From a virus, in IMG/VR virus record IMGVR_UViG_3300049893_000724, positions 120,460 to 184,459 of that record: 64,000 bases of DNA; one strand, 5' to 3'. Every line of letters begins with the position of its first letter. Within the stretch, counting starts at the first letter, position 1. This document shows positions 1 through 8,676 of the stretch, one piece after another. The position numbers were made by a program, and so were the translations under genes. The notes under the pieces were generated by a model that saw only the letters and a program-made list of their open reading frames with translations, searched no databases and was not told where the DNA came from.

Positions 1-705
1 ACTTGCCGATTGGGCATAGTTGATTAAACTTTCTGTTCCTGCAGAGGAAACTCTTGAAACAACATGAACATCAATTGTGCTATTTCCGTTTGTGGAATCG
101 GTAGTAACACCAGTGATAATTCCTTTGAGATAACCACTAAACAAAGAAGTTGTTCCTGCGCCAGGAAGAACAACGTTAGTGAGTGCAGCAGTAATACCAT
201 ACCCAACCACAGCACCTAAAGTTGCTAAATTGGTTGTTGTAATTCCGATGGTTTGATCTGCAAAATCGTCAATAAAACAAACTTTTAATCCATTTGCCCA
301 AGTGCCTGGATTCTTTGCCGCATAGGTAAAGTTTGTTGCCTCAGACCAATTGCCCGTATAGTCATCATAATTTTTAATTTTTGAATTGGTTGTGGAAGCG
401 ATTCCAACCCCAGCATTCGCATTATTGAGGCTTGAACCATCAGTTCTAACAACCTTTAAAACTCCGCCATATGAGAGATATGATGAAGCACTCATCCAGT
501 ACTCATATTGAGCGTCTGTTGAAATAGGCTTACCGAATACATTGATTAAATCTTGTTCGGTTGCAATATCAATAGGGTAATCGACAGGTCCAATAGGAAA
601 AGGTCCTGCAATCGCACCAATATTATCTAATACATTATCAGCTCTTCCTACCGTTAGATCAACCTCCCTGACTAGTACCCCAGGAGATAATTGAGGAGTC
701 GCCAT
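1..705 (-). CDS. gp18: Tail sheath protein, N-terminal part (runs off left edge)
   Basis: Manual translation from ATG at 705: MATPQLSPGVLVREVDLT...GAIAGPFPIGPVD...FGKP...YLSYGG.LKVVR, typical T4-like sheath N-terminus; open to base 1; follows gp17. Confidence 0.93.
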   Translation of the reverse strand, partial: MATPQLSPGVLVREVDLTVGRADNVLDNIGAIAGPFPIGPVDYPIDIATEQDLINVFGKPISTDAQYEYWMSASSYLSYGGVLKVVRTDGSSLNNANAGVGIASTTNSKIKNYDDYTGNWSEATNFTYAAKNPGTWANGLKVCFIDDFADQTIGITTTNLATLGAVVGYGITAALTNVVLPGAGTTSLFSGYLKGIITGVTTDSTNGNSTIDVHVVSRVSSAGTESLINYAQSAS

Positions 706-740
706 TTTTTTCTCCGTAAAATCTCAGTTTATCTAAAAAA

Positions 741-747
741 TATTTAT
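741..747 (-). promoter_or_regulatory. T4-type late promoter (ATAAATA) for gp18
   Basis: ATAAATA on minus strand about 35 nt upstream of the gp18 ATG. Confidence 0.7.
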
Positions 748-787
748 TAAAAACTCACTTTTCACGGGGGAAACGTGACGTGAATAT

Positions 788-1036
788 CTACCAATCAGGA
801 TATTCCCACTTATCAAGAACTGATGTCACTATTCTACTAGAAACAATTCTTTTTATTGTACACTCTTTACATTCATAAGAATATGAAGATGCTACAGGGC
901 CCCTATCTTTACGAGTTTGGTAAAAACCATCTATCAAATTTTTCATTTCTCCACACACTCTACACTTTCTATCCACAAGAAGCAAATGACCCAATCGTAT
1001 TTGAGCATCAAGTTCCATTAAGAAAGGTACTCCCAC
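788..1036 (-). CDS. Small zinc-ribbon protein (CxxC...CxxC)
   Basis: CRVCGEMK...YSYECKEC; lies between gp17 and gp18; start uncertain (possibly MELDAQ). Confidence 0.7.
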   Translation of the reverse strand: MGVPFLMELDAQIRLGHLLLVDRKCRVCGEMKNLIDGFYQTRKDRGPVASSYSYECKECTIKRIVSSRIVTSVLDKWEYPDW

Positions 1037-2664
1037 ATATACGCACGATCACCATATTCATCAACGTGCCATCTATCACCATCAGCATCTACAAAACTTG
1101 TGTCATCGAGACCATCCAAAATGAATCCAAAAGGTGACATATCTTGCTCAATTTGATTTTTTTGTTCTTCATATAATCTTTTTCTTACATCTTGGTCTGT
1201 GAGTTCTTTGAAGTAATCTTGTGCAACTAACCAAGCATAAATTACAAGACACATTGCAAGGTCGTCATTACATCCTTCTTCTGCTTCAAATGAATTATGC
1301 TTTTGGATGAATGTTGTAAGTTCACTGATAATTTCATAGTCATTTATTAGTAACTTACTTTCCTCAATCATAGTCTTTAGATTAAGACATCCAACTTTCT
1401 TAACTGTTTTGGACATCTTTACTCCAAGTTGAGTTTTCTTTCCAGAAAAACCTTGACCAACGATTTGACCTGCTCTGCCTCTCATTGAGCACATTAAAAG
1501 ATTGTTATATTCCAAATCGTATTGGAGAATACTTGCTACCTGATCTCCAACGTCATTTACCTCACATAAAATATAAGCACTATTATATGCAGATGCTGTT
1601 TCGTGAATTATACTTGGAAATAGCATCGGTTTTATTTCATTGTTTCTATACTTGGCAACAACTTTATGTGGGAACTGGGTGATATCTACCACAGCAAACG
1701 CAGAATAATCATTACCAACCCCTCTAGCAACGTCTACAGTGATGAGGTAATCATGATTCTCTACAGGGTCCTCATAAACATCTAAACCAGCACTGCGGGT
1801 CTTGGGAGCGTCGTATACGAGGGTTCTGAGTTTGCTTGGTGCAATGAGAGTATCAACAGAACCTAAGAATTCGCATTCAAATTCTACCTTGAACTGTTGT
1901 TCGGAAGTGTTTGCAATTGTTTGTTTTTTCCACTCTTCATCACGCCCAGGAACTTCACTCCAATGAACGTCAGTAAAGACATATTCATTTTTACCTTTTT
2001 CAGCATCGTGCCACATACGGTAGAAATGATTCATACCGTGTGGCGTAGAAACTATGATGACTTTTGTTTGTTTACCAGAAGTAATAGTAGGATAAACAGA
2101 TGCAAAGAACGAGTCTGCAATATGGTTTGGAACGAAAGCGAATTCGTCGAGGAAGAGGATATTAAATGACATACCTCGGACAGCACTCGCAGATGTAGAA
2201 GCTGCCAATATCTTACTGCCATTTTCTAACTCCAATGAACCTTTGTTCCAAGCAATAATACCTTGCTGCATCCACTTAGGAAGATTTTCATATGCAGTTT
2301 GCAATCTATCAAGAAGTTCTCTTGCGGTTGCCGCTTTGTTTGCAAGAATACCAATGTTTACATTATCATTAAAAACTGCATAATGCAATAAAAAAGAAAC
2401 CACGGTTGTAGACTTACCTGTCTGCCTAGGCATCTTACAGATATTAAATCTATGATTATGGAAATTATTAATTAACTTCTCTTGGAAATGATATGGTTTA
2501 AATGTTTGTAGTCCGTGATCTAGAGTAACAATTTTTACATAATTATTTGCAAAATAAACGGGATTATCCTTACATTTCATAAACTCAAGAATTTGTTCTT
2601 GAGTAAATTCAATAGGAGTATTTGCTTTTTTTAAAAGCGGATTACCGAGATAAACATCACTCAT
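1018..2664 (-). CDS. gp17: Terminase large subunit
   Basis: Y.GNPLLKKAN start, MPRQTGKST Walker A, LFLDEFAF Walker B, STPHGMNHFY, DVARG and DDLAM nuclease motifs. Confidence 0.98.
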   Translation of the reverse strand: MSDVYLGNPLLKKANTPIEFTQEQILEFMKCKDNPVYFANNYVKIVTLDHGLQTFKPYHFQEKLINNFHNHRFNICKMPRQTGKSTTVVSFLLHYAVFNDNVNIGILANKAATARELLDRLQTAYENLPKWMQQGIIAWNKGSLELENGSKILAASTSASAVRGMSFNILFLDEFAFVPNHIADSFFASVYPTITSGKQTKVIIVSTPHGMNHFYRMWHDAEKGKNEYVFTDVHWSEVPGRDEEWKKQTIANTSEQQFKVEFECEFLGSVDTLIAPSKLRTLVYDAPKTRSAGLDVYEDPVENHDYLITVDVARGVGNDYSAFAVVDITQFPHKVVAKYRNNEIKPMLFPSIIHETASAYNSAYILCEVNDVGDQVASILQYDLEYNNLLMCSMRGRAGQIVGQGFSGKKTQLGVKMSKTVKKVGCLNLKTMIEESKLLINDYEIISELTTFIQKHNSFEAEEGCNDDLAMCLVIYAWLVAQDYFKELTDQDVRKRLYEEQKNQIEQDMSPFGFILDGLDDTSFVDADGDRWHVDEYGDRAYMWEYLS

Positions 2665-2679
2665 AACAAAACCTACTTA

Positions 2680-4374
2680 TTAATTACAGTTCCAACGACG
2701 AAGTGCTTTGTTTATATTGCTATCCGGGTCTCTTGCGGTTTTTGCTGAAGTCAATTTTGACTTCATCCCCTTCATTCTACGGCAAAAAGACTTACGACGT
2801 GCTGCTCTTTTACCTTCTGGATTTTTTTCAGTAACTGCAGTTTGGAGTTTTGAACCTGGATTCTCACGGCGATATGCTTTTACTGCAGCAGGACTTAATC
2901 CATCAGTTTTATCTTGACGATTTACTTTTTGCCAGTCTTCATCAACTTCAACTTCTTCGCCCATAGGCTTTACGTAGTTTTTATTAAAACCCGGTTTTCC
3001 CGCACTACCGCCTTGATAACCAATTCTGATTAATGGTTGTCCTGGTTGAATTTCTGAAACTGAATGATAAATTACTTTTGCGCCTGGATAAACCTTTTCA
3101 ATTTCACTAGAGATTTCACTTCTGGTCGGTAGTTTTGTTTGTGGGAAAAACATTTGTATGCCGTGATACTTCCCTCTCCAAGAAATAGTAATTGAAATTA
3201 TATTTCCAGTCTCTGCTTGCAATCTAGTTGCTTCTTCAACCTGAGACTTAAATCCTTTAATTGGTTCTGGGTTAATTAAATCAACGACCTCAGCAAAGGT
3301 GTTTCCATTTGCATCTTCTATTGTTTGCTCAGGAACGCAGTTTGGAACCATTTTCTTTCCTTTCTTTTTCATGCCAACTTGCTTATAACCAGACCAACAC
3401 GCTTCATCCATTTCCCCACTTGCAACATAATCTGCCGCAGTATCAATATAATCTGCTGCTTTTGTAATTTTAGATTGTACCCATGCTTCTAAATCTCCTT
3501 CACCTTTACCTACTTTCATTTGAAGTCTTTTTACAGCATCAGCAATAGTTTTTAACTCAGATCTTGCCATTGAATATTCATGATCTTTAATGGAAACCTT
3601 ATCCCATGCCTTTCCGCCATATGAACATTCAGATCTAGTTTCTCTCTTATCACACAATGGACAGTATCTTTGTTCTTCAACTGCTTCTGACTTAGTTCCC
3701 CAGTTATCCGCACCAACTTTGCGGCACTTGACTAATGCACCTGAAGCATATGCACTTGGCCAAACACTATAACGTGATTTTACTTTGTGGTAGCAAGCAT
3801 CTTTTTTGCCGCTACCTTTACCTGGTTTATCTTTTGCTTCTTGTACATCCATTTCTTCTTTCATTTTCTTTCTAGGTGAATCTGTAGAAACATAGGTTGG
3901 TTTTGCGGCACCTGATTTTTGTTGCTGGCCAGGATCCGCTTCTTTTTTTCTTCTTGCTGCAGATAGTCTCTCTGCTTTAGTCATAGTCGCTCTTTTTGCA
4001 GAAGAAACACACTTAGGAACTCCTTCTCCAGGTTCATCACTTGCACATGTCCCACCAGTTACTACATTAACCCAACCAGACTTTCCATCTTTTGATTTAG
4101 ACTTTCCAAACCAATCACGAAGTCCCTCTTCGGTAACATCTTTAAATTTTTTATGGTGCTTCTTAGCATCCGCTTCCATTTTTTTCAAACGAGTATAATA
4201 ATCTGGTATTTCATCCAGATGTTGAAGAGCAATGTCCATTGCAAGTTCATGATCTTTAGTGTGTTCATGTTCAATAGGTTCACCCATATCAAGTTGCTTC
4301 TGAATGAAAGAAACATCAAGACGATGCTTTTTTGCAATCTGCTCAACTGTTTTATGTGGTTTAATTTTGGGCAT
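2680..4374 (-). CDS. Modular basic hypothetical protein, probable virion/head-associated
   Basis: 564 aa of short Lys/Cys-rich modules (IALQHLDEIPDYYTRL; KDACYHKVKSRY.VWPSAYASGALVKCRK; CWSGYKQVGMKKKGKKMVPNCV; RRKSFCRRM) separated by Glu-containing linkers; late operon context. Confidence 0.75.
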   Translation of the reverse strand: MPKIKPHKTVEQIAKKHRLDVSFIQKQLDMGEPIEHEHTKDHELAMDIALQHLDEIPDYYTRLKKMEADAKKHHKKFKDVTEEGLRDWFGKSKSKDGKSGWVNVVTGGTCASDEPGEGVPKCVSSAKRATMTKAERLSAARRKKEADPGQQQKSGAAKPTYVSTDSPRKKMKEEMDVQEAKDKPGKGSGKKDACYHKVKSRYSVWPSAYASGALVKCRKVGADNWGTKSEAVEEQRYCPLCDKRETRSECSYGGKAWDKVSIKDHEYSMARSELKTIADAVKRLQMKVGKGEGDLEAWVQSKITKAADYIDTAADYVASGEMDEACWSGYKQVGMKKKGKKMVPNCVPEQTIEDANGNTFAEVVDLINPEPIKGFKSQVEEATRLQAETGNIISITISWRGKYHGIQMFFPQTKLPTRSEISSEIEKVYPGAKVIYHSVSEIQPGQPLIRIGYQGGSAGKPGFNKNYVKPMGEEVEVDEDWQKVNRQDKTDGLSPAAVKAYRRENPGSKLQTAVTEKNPEGKRAARRKSFCRRMKGMKSKLTSAKTARDPDSNINKALRRWNCN

Positions 4375-4529
4375 TATTCAACTGGTTTTGATTTAGTCTG
4401 CTCACCTTTTGCTCTTTTTTTTCTCCCCGCACAATGAGCACGTTGAGAAAATCCTTTTGGATTTGAGCAATCAATACTCTTTTTATATTTATTAGTCCAC
4501 TCTTCTTGAAACTGCTTAAACGTTTTCAT
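4374..4529 (-). CDS. 51-aa basic protein with capsid-targeting-like N-terminus (not in ORF track)
   Basis: Manual translation MKTFKQFQEEWTNKYKKSIDCSNPKGFSQRAHCAGRKKRAKGEQTKSKPVE; overlaps gp16 end and the next start. Confidence 0.75.
   Translation of the reverse strand: MKTFKQFQEEWTNKYKKSIDCSNPKGFSQRAHCAGRKKRAKGEQTKSKPVE
4486..4492 (-). promoter_or_regulatory. Late promoter (ATAAATA) upstream of the 564-aa gene
   Basis: Motif match on minus strand. Confidence 0.5.
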
Positions 4530-4950
4530 CTTGAGTTTGTTGTTTTAATAGTTTTGCTAGTTCTGCAGTGGATCCCACAAAAAGTGCATTATTAACTGTA
4601 GTGGGACCTTTACTAATTTTTTCTTCTTCAATATCTTTTAGTTTTTTCTGAAGATCCATTAATTTATCTGTTGCATCAGCCACATTTTTAATAAGTTGAC
4701 CGGCAACTTCATACGCTCTTGGCATTTCACTTTCCTGTGCAAGTTCAAGAATCCCATTGATTGCTTCTTGTCCTTTTTCAATCAAAGAATACAAATTTCC
4801 TCTGGTGTATTCATAATCTTTTTTGATATCATCTACAGTTGAAGCGATTTTTTCTACTTTTTCGATAGAAGTATCAACGTCAGTAGAAACTATTTCTCCT
4901 GATACATTAAAAGTATTATTCAATTCATCAAATTTTTTTGTCATTTTCAT
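4516..4950 (-). CDS. gp16: Terminase small subunit
   Basis: DYEYTRGNLY.LIEKGQEAI...PRAYEVAGQLIK...TTVNNALFVGSTAEL; position upstream of gp17. Confidence 0.93.
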   Translation of the reverse strand: MKMTKKFDELNNTFNVSGEIVSTDVDTSIEKVEKIASTVDDIKKDYEYTRGNLYSLIEKGQEAINGILELAQESEMPRAYEVAGQLIKNVADATDKLMDLQKKLKDIEEEKISKGPTTVNNALFVGSTAELAKLLKQQTQDENV

Positions 4951-5948
4951 GATGTCGAACCACTAAATCCAAAATCATCTCCCGCTTCAATCGCAGCATT
5001 ATCCGCAGTTGTTATTGATTTAACTGCCGCCCCTGCGAGATGTGAAGTAATCGTGGTTCCATCTCTGCCTCTATCGACAGTTAAAACATTACCAGTCTTA
5101 AGTTTTACATAGATCTCTTCACCTTCAAGATCTAAGTAGGTATTGACGGAAATTGAAGATGCATTGTTAACTTCAATAAGAATATCTTCAGTCGTAATAT
5201 CCTTAACAAGATTTGTTAAGACTATACCAGTATAGTTCTTAATTGCTCTTGGTTCTGATGTATAAACAACTTCGCGTCTTGGTGTTGAAGTTGCATCGCC
5301 AGTAATATAACTGATAGTGGTCTTTTTGACGATATCTTTTGTTGCTGTTTGAGTTGGTCCAAATAGATAGGTTTTTGCAGTAAATCTTAATGTGTATATT
5401 AAAACTCTTCTTGTAGTAAAGTTACCTTCATAATCATCCTGGAAAGTTATATTTTCTAAAACTATTGGAATATCTCTTTTTTCATTAATCGCATCAACAA
5501 GTTCTACTGTTAGATTGTAAGACGGTTGGAAATATGGTAAAATCTGCTCTACAATTTGCAATGCATCATCATTTAATTTGGACATGATTGATAATTCAAA
5601 TTGCATATTATAAGGAACAGGCATATATGCTTTTTTAATTATCGTTCCATCTTCTGCCGTTCCTGCAGTGAATGTTTGAGTTGTCGTTACTTTTCTAGAT
5701 GCATCATAAGTTAACCCAGTAAATTCAAATGACATTCTGGGCAATGTAATTTGAACGGGTTTATTGAGATCTGGAGATTGCTCAAGTCTTGCTAAGAATT
5801 TTTGTGTTGGTCCATATGCTAGAGGGACTTTAATAACATCAATAACTTGATTTGAATTATCTGTATGTTTAATGCTAATATCATTAAACAAAGATCCAAA
5901 TGCTATAACAGTTTTTCTTAGAATTTCGTTATAAAAATATTCAAACAT
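4947..5948 (-). CDS. gp15: Tail terminator / sheath stabiliser
   Basis: YFYNEILRKTVIAFGSLFN, VPLAYGP..KFLARL, LPRMSFE, QIVEQILPYFQP; synteny gp13-14-15-16-17. Confidence 0.95.
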   Translation of the reverse strand: MFEYFYNEILRKTVIAFGSLFNDISIKHTDNSNQVIDVIKVPLAYGPTQKFLARLEQSPDLNKPVQITLPRMSFEFTGLTYDASRKVTTTQTFTAGTAEDGTIIKKAYMPVPYNMQFELSIMSKLNDDALQIVEQILPYFQPSYNLTVELVDAINEKRDIPIVLENITFQDDYEGNFTTRRVLIYTLRFTAKTYLFGPTQTATKDIVKKTTISYITGDATSTPRREVVYTSEPRAIKNYTGIVLTNLVKDITTEDILIEVNNASSISVNTYLDLEGEEIYVKLKTGNVLTVDRGRDGTTITSHLAGAAVKSITTADNAAIEAGDDFGFSGSTS

Positions 5949-5991
5949 TTTATTGGTTCCTAGTGATACTATTTAATCAAATAATAAATTG

Positions 5992-5998
5992 TATTTAT
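5992..5998 (-). promoter_or_regulatory. Late promoter (ATAAATA) upstream of gp15
   Basis: Motif overlapping the gp14 stop codon. Confidence 0.6.
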
Positions 5999-7410
5999 GG
6001 CATCCCAAAGGGATTGCTTTCTGTAAAATCAATAATGTTATCCGCTTCAGTTTCTATATTTAAGTTATCAGCATATGCATCTTTAATGTCATATGCGTTA
6101 ATGGATGATAATACATACGATGCTGAGGAAGCGGATCCAACAATATTTTCTCCTCTAGTAAATGTTCCTGTTACATTAGAAACTTCAAGAATGTTGGATA
6201 CAGAATTCCAAGATCTTACTCTTGCGGTTACGCCGCTAGAACTTCCTGTAATTACTTCATTATATTGATAAGTCCCAAAACCAACAAAGGATGGTGCAGA
6301 AATTGTTATTGTTGGTATTGATACGTATCCGAGTCCAGAGTTTGTAATATTGATTGCCGTAATCGTTCCCGCCGCACTGACGACTGCTGTAGCAGCAGCT
6401 GAAACAGTTGCGGCACCACTAAATGTAATGATTGGTGCTGTTGTGTAACCAGATCCTGCATTAGTGACTGTAATTGGACCAATCAAACCGTTTCCAATGT
6501 ATGCAGTTGCTGCTGCCCCAGATCCTCCTCCCCCAATAAAACGAACTCCTGGTGCTACAGTGTAACCGGATCCTGGATTTACTAGATAGACATTCTGGAC
6601 AGACTTGTTTTGTGGATTTATATTGTCATTACATACCACAACGCCGCCAACCATAACTGCTGTAGCAATTCCAGTAATTCCTCCCGCAGGAGCAGAGGAT
6701 ATTCCAACTGTAGGAATACTAGAATAACCACCACCACGATTTGTAAGTGCAATATACCGAATTGCTCCATTCGCTAAGGTTGTAGTTGCGGTTGCAGTTG
6801 TTCCTGCACCAATCATTGTGAGTATTTGAGTTACAGCGACTCCACCACCAATACCATCAGTTGTATCTCCACCACCTATAATATTATCATCAATTTCGTC
6901 AACACTAGTATCAATAACTTCATCTTCATATCTAAAGAGTTCACACTTTAAAGTATAAACATAAGTTTTTTGTAGTTGGTAAAATGGTTGTTCATGCTCT
7001 ACAAACTTTACTTCAAATAATCTATCTCCAAGAGGGAAATAAATTAAATCACCTTCTCTTGGTCTTGTTCCTAATTTGATATTTGGTTTATTCTTTATAA
7101 GAGGAACAATATATGATTCAAATCTCTCTTTAGATACAGTAATTGTTAATTCATTGAGTGCCTGAATTCCAAATTTAGAAAGGATAGTTGTATTGTCTCC
7201 ATACCCCTCATAATTTTCAATGTAAGCTTCTAGGGGATACGCATCATCAAATGCAGATTCTATTACCTCTCTTAAAACTGTTTTTTCTGTTAGATATCTC
7301 CTGGGCAAATAGTGAATATCAACTCCGTACATACGAAGTTGTTCGTTAATCAAATCTTGTATTAACCCTTGCTCACCAGCGGAACCTTGTAAAAAGAATG
7401 GATTAAGCAT
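5995..7410 (-). CDS. gp14: Neck protein with inserted Gly/Thr-rich repeat region
   Basis: LNPFF.QGS..EQ.LIQDLINEQLRMYG...P.EGDLIYFP...FE.KFVEHEQPFYQL; ends NPFG. Confidence 0.93.
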   Translation of the reverse strand: MLNPFFLQGSAGEQGLIQDLINEQLRMYGVDIHYLPRRYLTEKTVLREVIESAFDDAYPLEAYIENYEGYGDNTTILSKFGIQALNELTITVSKERFESYIVPLIKNKPNIKLGTRPREGDLIYFPLGDRLFEVKFVEHEQPFYQLQKTYVYTLKCELFRYEDEVIDTSVDEIDDNIIGGGDTTDGIGGGVAVTQILTMIGAGTTATATTTLANGAIRYIALTNRGGGYSSIPTVGISSAPAGGITGIATAVMVGGVVVCNDNINPQNKSVQNVYLVNPGSGYTVAPGVRFIGGGGSGAAATAYIGNGLIGPITVTNAGSGYTTAPIITFSGAATVSAAATAVVSAAGTITAINITNSGLGYVSIPTITISAPSFVGFGTYQYNEVITGSSSGVTARVRSWNSVSNILEVSNVTGTFTRGENIVGSASSASYVLSSINAYDIKDAYADNLNIETEADNIIDFTESNPFGMP

Positions 7411-7414
7411 TTGA

Positions 7415-8260
7415 TCATCCTATCATATCGAAAGGTGGAAGTTCATAAGTATTGGACATTTTTTCCATTAAAATATCTATCTCTCTTTGAGCATCGTCAT
7501 ACATTTGTCTACCATTTAATTCAACTCCACCCGGTAACTTGACACCAGTAAATTTCATCATGTTCTGTCCCCACTGACGTTTTATTAATGAGGTTAGATA
7601 TGGTTTTAAGAAAGAATCGTTCCAAACTCTTGGATAATCATTTGGATTTAATGTTGCGTAGCAATCAATGATAATATATTGCCCCACATTCACCGATCCC
7701 CAATCAATATCCAAATAAAGTCTATCTTGTCTTTTATTGAAACGAATTTGTTTCTGTGTAGTCAGTAAGAAATCAAGATCTTCCAAATAAGTCTTGACCA
7801 TTGCATAACTTAAAAGTTCTGTAGCGCCCCAATAATAAATATCATTCAAGAATAATTGATATTTAACACTAAACATATTATGAGTGATGGTATTTGAACC
7901 ATCAAACAAGAATAATTTAGTGACTCCAATTACATTTGGTGGAACTTGAAGATAATTACTATTTTCTTCGTAAGTAAAAGTAGTTGCAGTTCCTACAATA
8001 TTTGCTGTAGCAGTTGTAGTTGCTATTCCTACGGCAGTATTATTTCCTCTCGATCTTCCTCTATCAATATCACCTTGAGTTATTTGATACTTATAAAATG
8101 CGGGATAAACACCATCAAAATGCCTTTCTTGGAAGAACTGAATAGCATCATCTACCAGATCATCAATCTGTTCATCTGCAACGTTAATTTCTAAAACTGG
8201 CGCTCCCAGTTTTCTTTTGCAGTAATCGATTAATTCTTGTCGAGTAGATGGTTGCGCCAT
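7415..8260 (-). CDS. gp13: Neck protein
   Basis: R.ELIDYCKRKLGAPVLEINV...QWGQNM.KF.GV.LPGGV.LNG...ELP. Confidence 0.95.
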   Translation of the reverse strand: MAQPSTRQELIDYCKRKLGAPVLEINVADEQIDDLVDDAIQFFQERHFDGVYPAFYKYQITQGDIDRGRSRGNNTAVGIATTTATANIVGTATTFTYEENSNYLQVPPNVIGVTKLFLFDGSNTITHNMFSVKYQLFLNDIYYWGATELLSYAMVKTYLEDLDFLLTTQKQIRFNKRQDRLYLDIDWGSVNVGQYIIIDCYATLNPNDYPRVWNDSFLKPYLTSLIKRQWGQNMMKFTGVKLPGGVELNGRQMYDDAQREIDILMEKMSNTYELPPFDMIG

Positions 8261-8278
8261 TATTTTCTACTTTTTAAA

Positions 8279-8285
8279 TATTTAT
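8279..8285 (-). promoter_or_regulatory. Late promoter (ATAAATA) upstream of gp13
   Basis: Motif 19 nt upstream of the gp13 ATG. Confidence 0.7.
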
Positions 8286-8461
8286 GGTTTGATCTTTAAG
8301 AGGTCTTTTAATACTTCTTGTTGTTTGAGATATAATTTCATATATGCCTTTGCAATAGTTTTAATCTGCTCAATGTCCTCTACAGAATCAATTTCAATAC
8401 AAGCTTTCATATATTCAAAACTTTTCGATAGATCTTCCAGTTGAATTTCATTTGGATCCAT
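8282..8461 (-). CDS. 59-aa helical protein, NblA-like (not in ORF track)
   Basis: Manual translation MDPNEIQLEDLSKSFEYMKACIEIDSVEDIEQIKTIAKAYMKLYLKQQEVLKDLLKIKP; start overlaps the upstream gene; pattern aligns by eye to NblA. Confidence 0.55.
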   Translation of the reverse strand: MDPNEIQLEDLSKSFEYMKACIEIDSVEDIEQIKTIAKAYMKLYLKQQEVLKDLLKIKP

Positions 8462-8675
8462 TGATTAAACTCCTAAGTAATATTTTGATCTCGTCAATAT
8501 CATTTTTCATACTAGCAAGATCTTCTTCTATATTCTGTACTTTTTGATTCTCTTCATTCTTAGCATTTCTTCTTGAAACATACTCTTGATATTCAGACAT
8601 ATTTGTGTTAACAATTGAATTAGTGTTTCCATCACGCATTAGATGCGTGTATCCATCAACTTTAAAGTAAGTCAT
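8448..8675 (-). CDS. Hypothetical protein with C-terminal coiled coil
   Basis: ORF track; tightly packed in the late operon. Confidence 0.8.
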   Translation of the reverse strand: MTYFKVDGYTHLMRDGNTNSIVNTNMSEYQEYVSRRNAKNEENQKVQNIEEDLASMKNDIDEIKILLRSLINGSK

Positions 8676-8676
8676 G

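Noticed and set aside
1018-2664. Intein or intron in the terminase
   Set aside because: Length (548 aa) and motifs are continuous, with no insertion
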